Part shown: positions 22,701-29,398 of the stretch, in pieces | Position numbering within the stretch: the first letter of the stretch is position 1 | Layout of the letters: each line of letters begins with the position of its first letter | DNA from: a virus | Lineage: Duplodnaviria; Caudoviricetes | IMG/VR virus record: IMGVR_UViG_3300025543_000028 | Coordinates: 1 to 57,366 of that record | Length of the DNA stretch: 57,366 nucleotides | Direction: 5' to 3' (one strand) | Made by a program: the position numbers and the translations under genes | Notes under the pieces: model-generated | What the model was told of the DNA's origin: nothing | Databases searched by the model: none | What the model saw: only the letters and a program-made list of their open reading frames with translations

Positions 22701-24000
22701 TTGTGTTAGATGTACCTGACATGATAAGACTAGTCGCAAAAGACAAAACTCTTGTTGGTCTTTGTTCATCAGCTAAAAAGAAATCTAAATAATCAGGAAA
22801 GTCTTGACCCTTCTGTTCTGCTATTCTTCTTTGTATTGCCCAATCTTGATAAACCTCTTGAAATTGTTCTACTACACCATCAGTGACACCTTGAGCAGCA
22901 CCCATTCCTATAGCTTTAAAAGAGTTTTTAATTACATTCTTTATACCAGGTGCTTTTAATGCACTTGCTCCTGTTTTCACAGCTGCTTTTCCTGCAACGC
23001 CTGCAACTGTTTTAGCAGTACTTGTGCCAGCAAATTTAGCACCTAGTTTTTTTGCACTATTAAGCGCACCCTTACCTATACCCATTTGACCCATAAATAG
23101 TCCATACTGAACTATATCAGCCGCCATAGAAGCTAAGTTATCTGTGTATACTAAGTGTGCAGCATTCATTGCCTCACGCTCTGTAAGGCCTTGCTTTACA
23201 CCTTCGTTTAATGTTTGCCCTGCTAGTGCAGCACCTTCTATAAGGTTAGCTGTAGCACCTGCTCCTGTAGTAGCCATTCCAGTTTGTATTAAACCTCTAG
23301 CAGCTAATGAAGAACTGTATTTTTTTATACCTAAAGATGAAGCACCCTTTGCTATCGCTTTTGATGACTTTAAAAACTTTGCACCTTTTGTAACTGCAGA
23401 TATACCTTTAGCTGCATATGTTGCAGGAACCATTAATGACAATGCAAATGGTATCATACGAGCTACACCTGTAGCCCAAAAATCAACATCTGCTAAATCA
23501 TCCCATGTAACATTCTCTAAGTCATTTAAACCAGGAACATCGTCACCAAATGAATGCAAGTAATCTGCAAAATTATGTAACGAATCTGAAATAGGTTTAG
23601 ACGTATCTGTACCAAAGACTTGTTTAGACACGTCGCTAGATACACTACCCCCCATAAAATCAGCTATGTCTCCAAAGCTGTCAACCATATCACCAACACC
23701 AACAACAAAAGACTTTCCAGCCATTTCTATGAAACCCATGTTTTCATCAATCTCAACTGGGTTAACAGGGTCTGCATAAGAAGCGTCTGTGAGTGCAGAC
23801 TGCATTGGAGATTCGTCTTCAGGTCTCATCCAAACAGGCATAGGAACGTCTGTTCCTTGAAAGTGTATGCCGTCTGATGTAGGTGGAGTTTTAAAGCTGC
23901 TATCTAACTCTTTATCATATTGCTCTATACCTTGTTCAGGTGTTTGATTGTTCCAATATTCGTTAGATTGTTGTTCAATAGGATTCGTTTTTTCAGCCAT
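10726..24000 (-). CDS. Giant virion-packaged DNA-dependent RNA polymerase (crAss-like two-barrel RNAP) with zincin-like domain
   Basis: 4424 aa. ATRIP...IIGADLDGDML matches the RxP..DxDGD catalytic pattern (motif at 16168-16188). HENFH HExxH motif at 21145-21159. Ala/Gly-rich hydrophobic N-terminus. Lies beside cargo genes, as in phi14:2 and crAss001. Confidence 0.88.
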   Translation of the reverse strand: MAEKTNPIEQQSNEYWNNQTPEQGIEQYDKELDSSFKTPPTSDGIHFQGTDVPMPVWMRPEDESPMQSALTDASYADPVNPVEIDENMGFIEMAGKSFVVGVGDMVDSFGDIADFMGGSVSSDVSKQVFGTDTSKPISDSLHNFADYLHSFGDDVPGLNDLENVTWDDLADVDFWATGVARMIPFALSLMVPATYAAKGISAVTKGAKFLKSSKAIAKGASSLGIKKYSSSLAARGLIQTGMATTGAGATANLIEGAALAGQTLNEGVKQGLTEREAMNAAHLVYTDNLASMAADIVQYGLFMGQMGIGKGALNSAKKLGAKFAGTSTAKTVAGVAGKAAVKTGASALKAPGIKNVIKNSFKAIGMGAAQGVTDGVVEQFQEVYQDWAIQRRIAEQKGQDFPDYLDFFLADEQRPTRVLSFATSLIMSGTSNTIRTATENRSLMQKSIDNRNETHQYVSAFTKDLGNGKFTVKRQVTVNKKNEQGVVIGTEQKEVIEELSADEAVEFMRDSAAYNMAMNAVKEGDQEVVLDFFEQQYQQGNITEEQHTTFKDTLKEVETAMEGKPTHDLDNMGKSKLVANSWLLQTSKKRLAQQREGIEAKIASIEQSIKDGDIKEKSGKKQIEGLKKLAESSLAAQEELIKGAKENIDEVYRESEKRKETKDFISDKAPKLKEIVAKEKRGEELTDEEKALIDDSELSKEFYKAEKAEQDTKEAYEKVESEMGDDMEGYTLDKSQTKDGTYVFVKENKKEGSVSTVTLNPDGSIEKTSGRIDEVVDEVEKDLLEKEKLEKEKQEEKQKEEAKEEAEEDKTEDKTEDKKEEDKKDKPKIKIPSYLNGKNIKDSALLVRDIALKFAKAFFNKEKAVKIVNAIEAAAMRRKVRRTIRMGGGSDRTLANLYAKKAVDGIISIQFLDEIYSHGETAAAYAMGMGVFINPSASTDSPEEALFHENFHIFRMLYGKTKEVMKMMRAVVHQPVYKKMKLDYQENILYAVPDGTGKMRTLTQKEALTLLKRIQESNGQGSLFPVITKYADYIRENGLANNDETKKAFYEASLILFNEAGFVELAGSKQVHIQDEALAKLGGLYGSVNQDIFIQGQAKKDFNDGMKSFKEMIRGSITEEEAQSAFQVISKDLYDPSKTRKGTESLETLFAKINDVVRKNEANYGEYASTQAAQTKKYNKRKAITKEAINIINGSESQAKLYAEEFAKTSFDALMDKAKLDNEEGLKEFIEDSINLQSSVQKTYKQVASTLLGKYAQETYVGSPDYNIAKTILLSEHKKIKKHILNAHKQALKNKIAQKTEQVLINLDSAEINDLSQKFKNLEQFVKVEGPVEYTEELTADDTFSDLIGADPKGISEQFSTVIDFYVRRENNSQGGSGVTKDNLLTILRNFKDETRSSDEFVEKSWGKIEEYLKGSSAKLTRQDAILGSFFTYLTSELDIIPYTTPYSRMGSTKLYGTALQGAYLQLDSMVTEKSMFITTDGFGYTTSREAARSIQSALDYTLMLDIDTIKPGTTRLKQTLSFLSGFQFSKNELSRDDKAAMYTYQKRMKYSQSAAELLYSDNIGDTQLLEFINTYFLPMNQNNSQGNGYAFTYENLDDFMVYDVDTDSNVSLRNYFSNNRIEQLLFDSMTIQFPQGEDMSWKTIAGKTAKESGQAYKDKAMTEVFRAVFKNSPAIKGGKRISISPENLAIAEEKFLNNFRFAYQNTERFSVAKHGKPNYVTKLNTQSRIFSPKADEIYNGLVAKDDVVARIKSAKIDTNSETSLRNALNFLGLDSSMTLPEVLEYFEIEAIGEEGLWLQYSEKTWNKPIRASINIRANQKGFIDLSLNNLQGHKKSAKAVIATYQSENNNLYMSNIKTPEGNTLNKNTRKYFLEYNKDLLNDMVVNNFDDFSNMFTEGDIVNPYAAGMMDNSYKLEYTSLDGSIATGKDRDNIQADEITRSDIKAISKAIKEGNTSYMQVIRDFSDKSRRYYAKAFISVAKRTSYGNYFNNVVKKKNGLDYNRYMEIDSNLYAGAYSNNKEIKNARAEQKKLEKKFIKGWIKSTTKDLQKKLAEVRAYHNAKTKQVIDNHNSDSDFDLFKVASQKTIDFLSKTYDIKGYGKSVSTVKGELNLLGDLAFQQTIDGKIYDVLDTNTHVEMMEALDLDYSQAIASLHYTLNKYWLQDLNSFVGEESNYSEKNKRSTLFIAPHDKLFGGRRVEPLVFDDEKISFEDQKQKVKVIDYETGKLKEIELNPKTADSASFVTIDEAQRMMASYGGMSGVQGSFKLVGAGRNYDNKRMASHIGLSANQFYFKGHTIVLDNKVKGVLKGIYTKMKSREAYYKSKGLDNHSVIAYNSEAVKKGLVKGVNSFSLANLNDKQFDINVEMDKYSFDVSTGLRGYDGRFFGVQNELDKEAVTATAAKQKIGSINVFYDHQDASVRAATKKVHVAYGKALDLQYKDNLEGYSFEGLAKQDLNASSMPPAIRAMFSQGYMSLPAMKDAAYQIASSKIKKNQKLRTKGTLSIQETDLIEGHEIKDGKLIETDDTLKPTSVEEVNGEMVVEHAEAIVSGHMARKLGVKEGDLFLATRIPASSAGSTMVMKVKKISKKSGNTIAISSKSSEIIGADLDGDMLHINVLDKSKKLSEIAQAKNDFIQSIIDLYSMPETINMLTQIIEFDKNIAEPSNMALYGNKEGSTDINNDLSILGANNTFATSKGNVPMIGNIAAQNLTFSYIAQNNPRLFFEFSEDQKNPITIKTKSNRKGFTNLSNTINRDGKGTFYELCNYLNLILDDGKYGNRAKFQFVKSTASQFITLIKYGMKPAEISLFLKEVNFASFDNMETSEVKELTERAAHDLFRDKYPGSKYTPSVNEIIQEIFVLNGSLEFDLAAMTDKQSPFYKKEGYNKEALLFNHVMKQVSQDILNLSLFVSLDKRFNVDTISGLFEHQEAVAALNRQEDIEKTQSNNPVFSNFRDKNYKLIKQSLDESTQLNNGYSKGLLGDFTIDEVITTDNDGILNSERALAPKQSETDPDVYLPINIYSDFDDVASNADKNKNIVKALNFGRMLIHSNYDVETELNKLHEEMLGEESPLSDWATSSVELKMFNLFDMAYTKISDDVQANKYKGNKWLDRENGILKIRPRTSFVTNSKGVISQVNNYDVSIDVEKVSKQLEFVEQVDLYKKDFAKLSPKMKTLLVLTDFLNTGWGSKNSGTSMIPYMDNNTISKIDNYYKKVQNNEDVSTFDGDMEILKDRLSDKVNFTGIPAVDNRRIAAILNLMVNGVDAQSRTIKETGEVVAYNSYNGLYPTYSKSLNQGGFANESSFTKDLHHKTEISSRTGIELTSKKDGYVYKKSEYQFKQNTSWPQLAITTLSKEIANDKNSVESFITYEDRNALIDEIQNDLKNEQNKKYLKVPTHGTQNYGAVGEKMNKRDYYKTLLEQLVREGKSNVRKLSDLNQNEIDQLEKQYKVYEKSVEFIKGLYTQDKDLFNNSTYKLNYKDKANSFSALKLKMNAVSEAYKELRDEIKSKRIALGKENYNVDPIAAASLIQYMQYKFSEHITEYQIADWENKHGKSFVEEITKPNSELRKKDIGLLDLIWSPGDFGKSKPAIAYINKELKGTHMTFTRNISLMTEEMNGKLDALYKEKFGDGMRSKGIALMKKYIPFGTLSYDEILFGNFFSFNDRDRKGIKKTINKDGEVTYRDVSNLELKSIFFFSRGKFANSHELKSDEFLTKSKDKGGAGLSKAELDYLKMYVKYTNFYRNMIEAKNLYKANKGAAYIPNINSSTWETLHRRGLYGMYFQMSKGDEDFQDIKITAINPITNQEETLDYFSWKAIYMHAPGEKFTVYRPQKTKRGVTMVSREETSLQQMTALERRKGFNEIKSKAKSIWEARKDDNGDFVKIPSALNQLMNLESETVINRSLHRRSMSSAYLATFNMHKALSNYNRLMMFQHGNQYKDKNGVYHHLSWAGDDGFEVVNPISPDTFPLAFSGFNEKLGEVDAAISSLEIKDNNPNAFKYLEKVVKGGLIKKEKNLTWTDSPYKILNQQPEKVVVNFFTQWTMYVALGLNFSAAAGNVLIGKFNAYRQAGGKALLKGEARFWGLNKDTAYNPSDREKARKMISTFGILTYRAEEVAEGIGGSSLSSLFFGPMVLAENWIQQASFLGNLEQEQWDSYFINKDGELEHKSDKKGITETERLEWVEKSADFKKRTGKNLKLTKEDVASLERKVIDVQGRGYSETDIRYIQLYSLGNMVMQFKRWLPTFFADRLRREDVNDLGDMTIGSMVASRDFLVKMWTEGKMSNPKEFKKAYNALPKHRQEAVTRFYNGTTATTLAALLYALVLHGTDDDEWDDTEKMMEKFLGDTMLMVNVPKLIYMTNIPATDTMENLALAISHGIAGTEYQRKAKYGDKGDAKAMAHFARLMPASLRSVLETGSAGKSNRKLN

Positions 24001-24001
24001 C

Positions 24002-25747
24002 TTATAGTGCCTTTTGTATTTTTTCTCTTAATTCATCAACTTGTGTAATGTATTTTTCTGCTTCAACTGGGTCTGCGCCCATGTCAGTTAGATACTTAAA
24101 ATACAATCTGTAGAAATCATTTGATGTACCTGTTAATAAAGCTTGATTAAGTTCTGGTGCATTGTTAGGGCTAAATCGCTCCATCAATGAATTTATACCT
24201 GAACTCATATCGCCTTCTACAGCTGCTAAAGATAATAAAATACTTTTTGTAGTATCATTCTTCTTTGTACCTAAACCAATCTTATTCATTATGTTTTCTA
24301 CAGGAGCAACATAATTCGGTATTTGTTCTTGTAATTCGAGTTCAGATGATTGTGCGCTTATTGGTTTTGTTTGAACTTGCGCAGGTGCGTCTGATAATTT
24401 CTCTGCAGTAAACTTGCCTATAGACGCATCTTCACCTAACAACTTACTGTATGTTGTCATCACCTTAGTTTGCTCAGGGTCTATTTCATTATAATAGTAA
24501 CTGTTAAACCATAGCACGTCATCGCTTTCGTATTCTTGAATAAGAGCATGTTCCACTTCTCTAGCGTCACCATCTAAATCTTCTTTCTTAACTAATTGAT
24601 ACGAACCATCTGCTTGTTTTATCTTGTAGCCCATAAATATAGCGCCTGGTCTTAAATCACCCATAGTTTCACCTGGTGTTACCATAGCTCCGTCTTCTTC
24701 ATACCAACTACCACTGATTGCTTGCACATCAGGTATAAACTTATCTATATCATCAACGTTGTCTTTACCTAACACAGCTTTTGCCATAGTAAGCTCATTT
24801 CCAACAAAACCTCTATGACCCATAATATTAGTATTTTCAGGCGTTACACCCATAGTAAAATTACCCATATCGTAGTCACGTAAAGTTTGTACATACTCAG
24901 GTGACTTACCAGATATTACAGAGGTATCTACCTTCTTCATTCCTAGTAGTTTATGCTGACGTTGTATACGTCCAGCCACTGATTTGTTTACGCTTGTTCC
25001 TTCTTGAGAAGTTCTTTGCAATGCACGCATTGGATTACCACCACCTACGTATTGTGCAACGTATGGTCTTAAATCATCTTCCGTGAGCTCCATAGCTTCT
25101 TCTGGAGATAAACCATACTCAATCATATAGTTATCTTGGAAAACTCTAAAGTTGTGATTATGTTGTAAAAACTTGTCTGCTAAAGTATTACCTACAGCTT
25201 TATCATCTGGTTGTTCCCATTTATGTAGACTTCTGTGTTTAAACGTGTCAATACTACCTTCCATAAAAGCATTAAATTCACGTCTTTCTTGATTAGATAT
25301 TAAATGTGCAAACTCACCTTTATTACCTTCAAGTTGCTCATAAAAACCTTGTACTTGCTCTGTGTTAGATTTTATTCTTTTAGCTTCATCAGATTGTGAG
25401 ATGTTGTTAAAAAAATTAGTCATAGTTCTTCTGCCTCCTGAATTCATAAACTTAACAGGGTCGTTATTGTGCTTAGCAAGCTCAGATATAAACGTTTCTT
25501 TTTCTTGGTCGTACAAAGCTTGTATTCTGTCTTTGTCTTCATTACGTACAGCAATTTGACTTGCCATACCGTGTATATACTCTTGCCAATCGTTAAGCTC
25601 TTTTTCTTTAGCGTAGTTATTTTCTTGAACTTGTTGTTGTGCTTGCATCATTTGCATAGCATCTGCTAACTCTGTTTTAGCTCTATCTCTTCTAGCTCCT
25701 GAGCCAACCCAACCATTAAGGGCATTATTTACTTTAGAATAGTCCAT
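24002..25747 (-). CDS. Internal virion (cargo/ejection) protein
   Basis: 581 aa, helical Q/M-rich N-terminus, located between the muramidase cargo gene and the RNAP. Confidence 0.6.
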   Translation of the reverse strand: MDYSKVNNALNGWVGSGARRDRAKTELADAMQMMQAQQQVQENNYAKEKELNDWQEYIHGMASQIAVRNEDKDRIQALYDQEKETFISELAKHNNDPVKFMNSGGRRTMTNFFNNISQSDEAKRIKSNTEQVQGFYEQLEGNKGEFAHLISNQERREFNAFMEGSIDTFKHRSLHKWEQPDDKAVGNTLADKFLQHNHNFRVFQDNYMIEYGLSPEEAMELTEDDLRPYVAQYVGGGNPMRALQRTSQEGTSVNKSVAGRIQRQHKLLGMKKVDTSVISGKSPEYVQTLRDYDMGNFTMGVTPENTNIMGHRGFVGNELTMAKAVLGKDNVDDIDKFIPDVQAISGSWYEEDGAMVTPGETMGDLRPGAIFMGYKIKQADGSYQLVKKEDLDGDAREVEHALIQEYESDDVLWFNSYYYNEIDPEQTKVMTTYSKLLGEDASIGKFTAEKLSDAPAQVQTKPISAQSSELELQEQIPNYVAPVENIMNKIGLGTKKNDTTKSILLSLAAVEGDMSSGINSLMERFSPNNAPELNQALLTGTSNDFYRLYFKYLTDMGADPVEAEKYITQVDELREKIQKAL

Positions 25748-27993
25748 TATTCAGGTTTTATTTCTTCTGTTGATACATTATCGGTTTCTACATCATTTGC
25801 ATATAAAGATGCAGTTGTTATTGGAGTGTCTTTAACATCGGCTTTAGTTCCACTTCCAGAAGTTTGGTTTAACAATTGGTTTGTTAAGTCCATCATTTTC
25901 TCTCTATTTGGGCTTAAATAATATCCTACATCGCTTAACGCATCTGAGAGCAAGTTACCACCAATTCCTGACAAAGTCTTTCTATTATTGTTAATAGTTG
26001 CTTGTCTCATAGTCTCAACACTCATATCTCTGTTCATTTGCAATGTACCTACAGAGCTTGCTAAAGCATTATACTGCTTAACATTTTGTCTTTTTAGTTT
26101 TGCATCTTCAGCCGCAAGCTGATTAAGGCCTTGTATTCTACCTGCGTCTACTACACCTTGGTTAGCTAAAAACATACCTCTTTGTCCGCCTGAAGCCCTT
26201 AAAACATTCTTCATAGCACCAGCATAAGCATCATTTAGATTTTGCATTGCAGCTGACTTTTCTTTTGAAGTCATTCCTGACTCTGCTAGTTCTTTTGATT
26301 TTTGCAAAGACTCTAACAATAAAGGTGAAAGCTCAGGAGTTTCAACTTCAGGTGCTTTAAGTGCTTGTGATAAAGATATTATACCTGCTGCTGCTTTAAG
26401 ACCTGTTAAAGCCATTTCAGCATTTTTTAATTTTGATGCATCTTTTTGGTCTTGTAAAGCTTTTTGTTCAGCTATTCTTGCAGCTTCTTTTTTATTAGCT
26501 TGTTTTTCTGTAATTAAAGTACCGTCTTCATTATATGAACCAGTATCTTTAAGCATTTGTTTGATACGAGCGTCATGAGCCGCCTCTCCTTCTTTTATAG
26601 GAGCTTCATCCATAGCTTCTTCAACCAATGCTGAAGTCACATTTTCAGGTCTAGACTTATCTTCTTTAACAAGTTTTATAATACCTTTTTGGTAATCTTC
26701 TAAAACTTGGTCGTATTCACCATTTAAAATTCTTTGCTGAACGACTGGATTGTTAGCTGCGATTTCAGTTATAGCAGCCTCAGTAGCGTCGTCAACATTC
26801 CTTTTACTTACATGAGGGAAACCTATCTGGTCAGCCTTAAAGGTGTAATCTCCAGACGCTTGAACTAACTGAGTTTCGTTAAAAGATGAATCACTAACTA
26901 AATCTATATAAGCTAATTCAGAACCAAAAAAAGTTTGAGGGACTTGTTTCTCATACGCTTTAGATATGTTTTTTTGATACGTTTCATTATTAACAAGCTT
27001 AGTGAATCCTCTAATTCTCCTTTTTAAAGCTTCAGCTCCTTCGCTAGTATTACCATCTAAACCTTGAGATAGATTACGAATTACAATTTCATTAGCTTGA
27101 TTCCTAAATCCTTCAGTTCCTCCTCTTTTTTCTGGAGAAACAAATCCTTTTTCGTCTTTCCATTCCCTACCATGGTCTTTAATCATGGTTTCTCTTAATT
27201 CTTTTTCTGCTAACTCTAAGGCCTCGTTATCGCCAGGCTGTAAAAAATCATAATTAGCAGTTATCTGCCTATTCCTATCTATTAAGCTAGCTATATTACT
27301 AGTACCTTCATCTATAGTTGTGCCTGTACCAGGTATTATTTGGTCTCCCGTAGTACCTTTTAAGTCGGCAGTAGTTAACTGTTCAGTATTAGTAGTAGAT
27401 GTAGCAAATTGTGGAAAATCAACTCTTACAGAGTCGTTTAACACACTAGTTACTGTATTTACATATTCTGAATCAGTTGCATATCCTGCTTCCTTTAATT
27501 GTATAATTTGTTCTTCAGGAGTTTTAGCTGCTCTTACTTTAGCGTACCTATCTTTTTGACTTTGTTGGTATCCTTCTCCTGTTAAAAATCTAACATGTCC
27601 TGAAACGCCCTCTTCAGGAGTTTTGAATATTCTAAAAGGCTGACCAAGAGTTACAGTATAACCACCAGCAGGATTAACTTCTATTTTTGATTTTTGTCCC
27701 CCTGTTTTTCCCTTTGCCTCTTTCTCTTTTACGTAAGCTTCAGCCGCTTCTTTTGTTGGTAAATCTTCTTCTGTCCCCATGATAACATAGTCGACACCTT
27801 CTTTACCTTTCGATAAAGTAACACCACTTGCTTTTTGACCTGAATAATTGTTATATTTTGTAGATAGTTGAGATAGGCCTTTTTTATTATTCATACCAGA
27901 CTCAGTAATCATTTGAGCCATCATAGCTTCAGGAAATAATCCAGTACCTTTAGTATGAATTTTTAATAACCTTAAAAGTTCTTTTTTATCCAT
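25747..27993 (-). CDS. Virion cargo protein with N-terminal GH73 (FlgJ-like) glucosaminidase and C-terminal helical domain
   Basis: 748 aa. AQMITESG..NNYSGQKA..FRIFKTPEEG...H..FL..RY...GYATDSEY fits the GH73 catalytic Glu and YATD motif. Confidence 0.85.
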   Translation of the reverse strand: MDKKELLRLLKIHTKGTGLFPEAMMAQMITESGMNNKKGLSQLSTKYNNYSGQKASGVTLSKGKEGVDYVIMGTEEDLPTKEAAEAYVKEKEAKGKTGGQKSKIEVNPAGGYTVTLGQPFRIFKTPEEGVSGHVRFLTGEGYQQSQKDRYAKVRAAKTPEEQIIQLKEAGYATDSEYVNTVTSVLNDSVRVDFPQFATSTTNTEQLTTADLKGTTGDQIIPGTGTTIDEGTSNIASLIDRNRQITANYDFLQPGDNEALELAEKELRETMIKDHGREWKDEKGFVSPEKRGGTEGFRNQANEIVIRNLSQGLDGNTSEGAEALKRRIRGFTKLVNNETYQKNISKAYEKQVPQTFFGSELAYIDLVSDSSFNETQLVQASGDYTFKADQIGFPHVSKRNVDDATEAAITEIAANNPVVQQRILNGEYDQVLEDYQKGIIKLVKEDKSRPENVTSALVEEAMDEAPIKEGEAAHDARIKQMLKDTGSYNEDGTLITEKQANKKEAARIAEQKALQDQKDASKLKNAEMALTGLKAAAGIISLSQALKAPEVETPELSPLLLESLQKSKELAESGMTSKEKSAAMQNLNDAYAGAMKNVLRASGGQRGMFLANQGVVDAGRIQGLNQLAAEDAKLKRQNVKQYNALASSVGTLQMNRDMSVETMRQATINNNRKTLSGIGGNLLSDALSDVGYYLSPNREKMMDLTNQLLNQTSGSGTKADVKDTPITTASLYANDVETDNVSTEEIKPE

Positions 27994-27994
27994 C

Positions 27995-29398
27995 TTATTT
28001 GTGTTTCCAAGTTGACATTTCGTTTTGTACTGCTTTACCTGCTTCTTGGTATCTTCCTCCAGCTAATAGATTACTAAGTTTTCCCATAAATGGTTTATCA
28101 AAAACTCCTTCACCACCTGTTAGTTCCATTCCTGTATCTTTACCGTTTTTATCTACGACAGTTAGTGGGTTTGATGAATGACTATATGCTCCTTTTGTCA
28201 TACCTCCAACTTCAAACTCTTGTGCAAATTTAACATTTTCTGCACTAGGTCCTGCTCCTGCCATGTCTAACATATTTTGAGTGACAGGTTTGCTTCTATC
28301 TCTTCTTACAAAGTTTTCTAATCTTTTTTCTTCAGACTCTATAAAAGGCAGTGTATTTGTTCTTGTGTTGTCGCTATATGTATTATTAAAACTATCTAAA
28401 AACTCTTGCTTGTATGAGTCTCCTGTAATTTTTTCTATATTTTTTTCTTGCTCTAAAAGTCTGAGGCTTTCTTCGTTTGACAAACTTGCGTATTTTAAAC
28501 CTCTTTCATATTTTTTACTTCCTAAAATAGTACCACCATCTTGAAAGTTTTTTGCCTTTAATGCCGCAGTCACTGCTGCATCTCCAAGAAAGCCTAAATC
28601 AATTTTATTACTAACCTCTTGTTTTACAACGTTTCTTATGTCTTGTTTTTCAATACCTGAGCCAACAGTTGCTTCGTGTAATTTATCTAAATTAAGGCCA
28701 CTATAATACTTCAGGCCACTTTTTAAACCCGTGATTCCTTTCGCACCTTTTCTTATATCACGATAGCTATTTGCTATTGTATTAACATTATCTACTGGTA
28801 AATCTACTAATTGATTGTAAAATTCAGGATGATTTACAGAAAACCTTAAGCCTAATGCATTTGTAAGAATATTTTTTTTGTGCTTAACTGCATTATTTAT
28901 TTTATCAGTTTCACCAGTTTTAATTTTACCACCTTCTTCATAGCCAGCAAACTCTTCCTGGTCTTCCATAAACATGTTGTAGCCTTCATCTTGTTCTAAT
29001 TTTTGTTGTGCAGCTTTTTCCTCTTTTTTCTTTTTTTTGTTTTGTACTAGACCAACACCAGCTCCAATAAGCGCTCCTACACCTGCTCCTATTGGACCAG
29101 CAACCATACCCATTTGAGCGTATTTAGCTGCACTTCCGACTACATTACCTGTGTCTCCACCAATTGCTTCAGCAGCAGCTCCAACTACCCCAATACTTGC
29201 CCCAACTGTTTTAGCAGTTTTCTCACTTCCAAAAGATGTAAGTTTACGTGCATCAGACATATCTTCCCTATTTGGGTTATCTCTATCGTAAGTACCTTTA
29301 AAAAAACCTCCTTCAGAGTATTTTTTAGTATAACCTCCACCGTAATAGATTTCGTTAGCTAACTCTTGTTCTTGTTCGAACGATAAATTTTTTATCAT
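27995..29398 (-). CDS. Virion cargo protein with Gly-rich hydrophobic segment and repeated [YF]xxGG motifs
   Basis: 467 aa with GMVAGPIGAGVGALIGAGVGLV, motifs YSEGG/YEEGG/FQDGG/FEVGG and a C-terminal G..SH..NP...E.TGGE. Confidence 0.7.
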   Translation of the reverse strand: MIKNLSFEQEQELANEIYYGGGYTKKYSEGGFFKGTYDRDNPNREDMSDARKLTSFGSEKTAKTVGASIGVVGAAAEAIGGDTGNVVGSAAKYAQMGMVAGPIGAGVGALIGAGVGLVQNKKKKKEEKAAQQKLEQDEGYNMFMEDQEEFAGYEEGGKIKTGETDKINNAVKHKKNILTNALGLRFSVNHPEFYNQLVDLPVDNVNTIANSYRDIRKGAKGITGLKSGLKYYSGLNLDKLHEATVGSGIEKQDIRNVVKQEVSNKIDLGFLGDAAVTAALKAKNFQDGGTILGSKKYERGLKYASLSNEESLRLLEQEKNIEKITGDSYKQEFLDSFNNTYSDNTRTNTLPFIESEEKRLENFVRRDRSKPVTQNMLDMAGAGPSAENVKFAQEFEVGGMTKGAYSHSSNPLTVVDKNGKDTGMELTGGEGVFDKPFMGKLSNLLAGGRYQEAGKAVQNEMSTWKHK

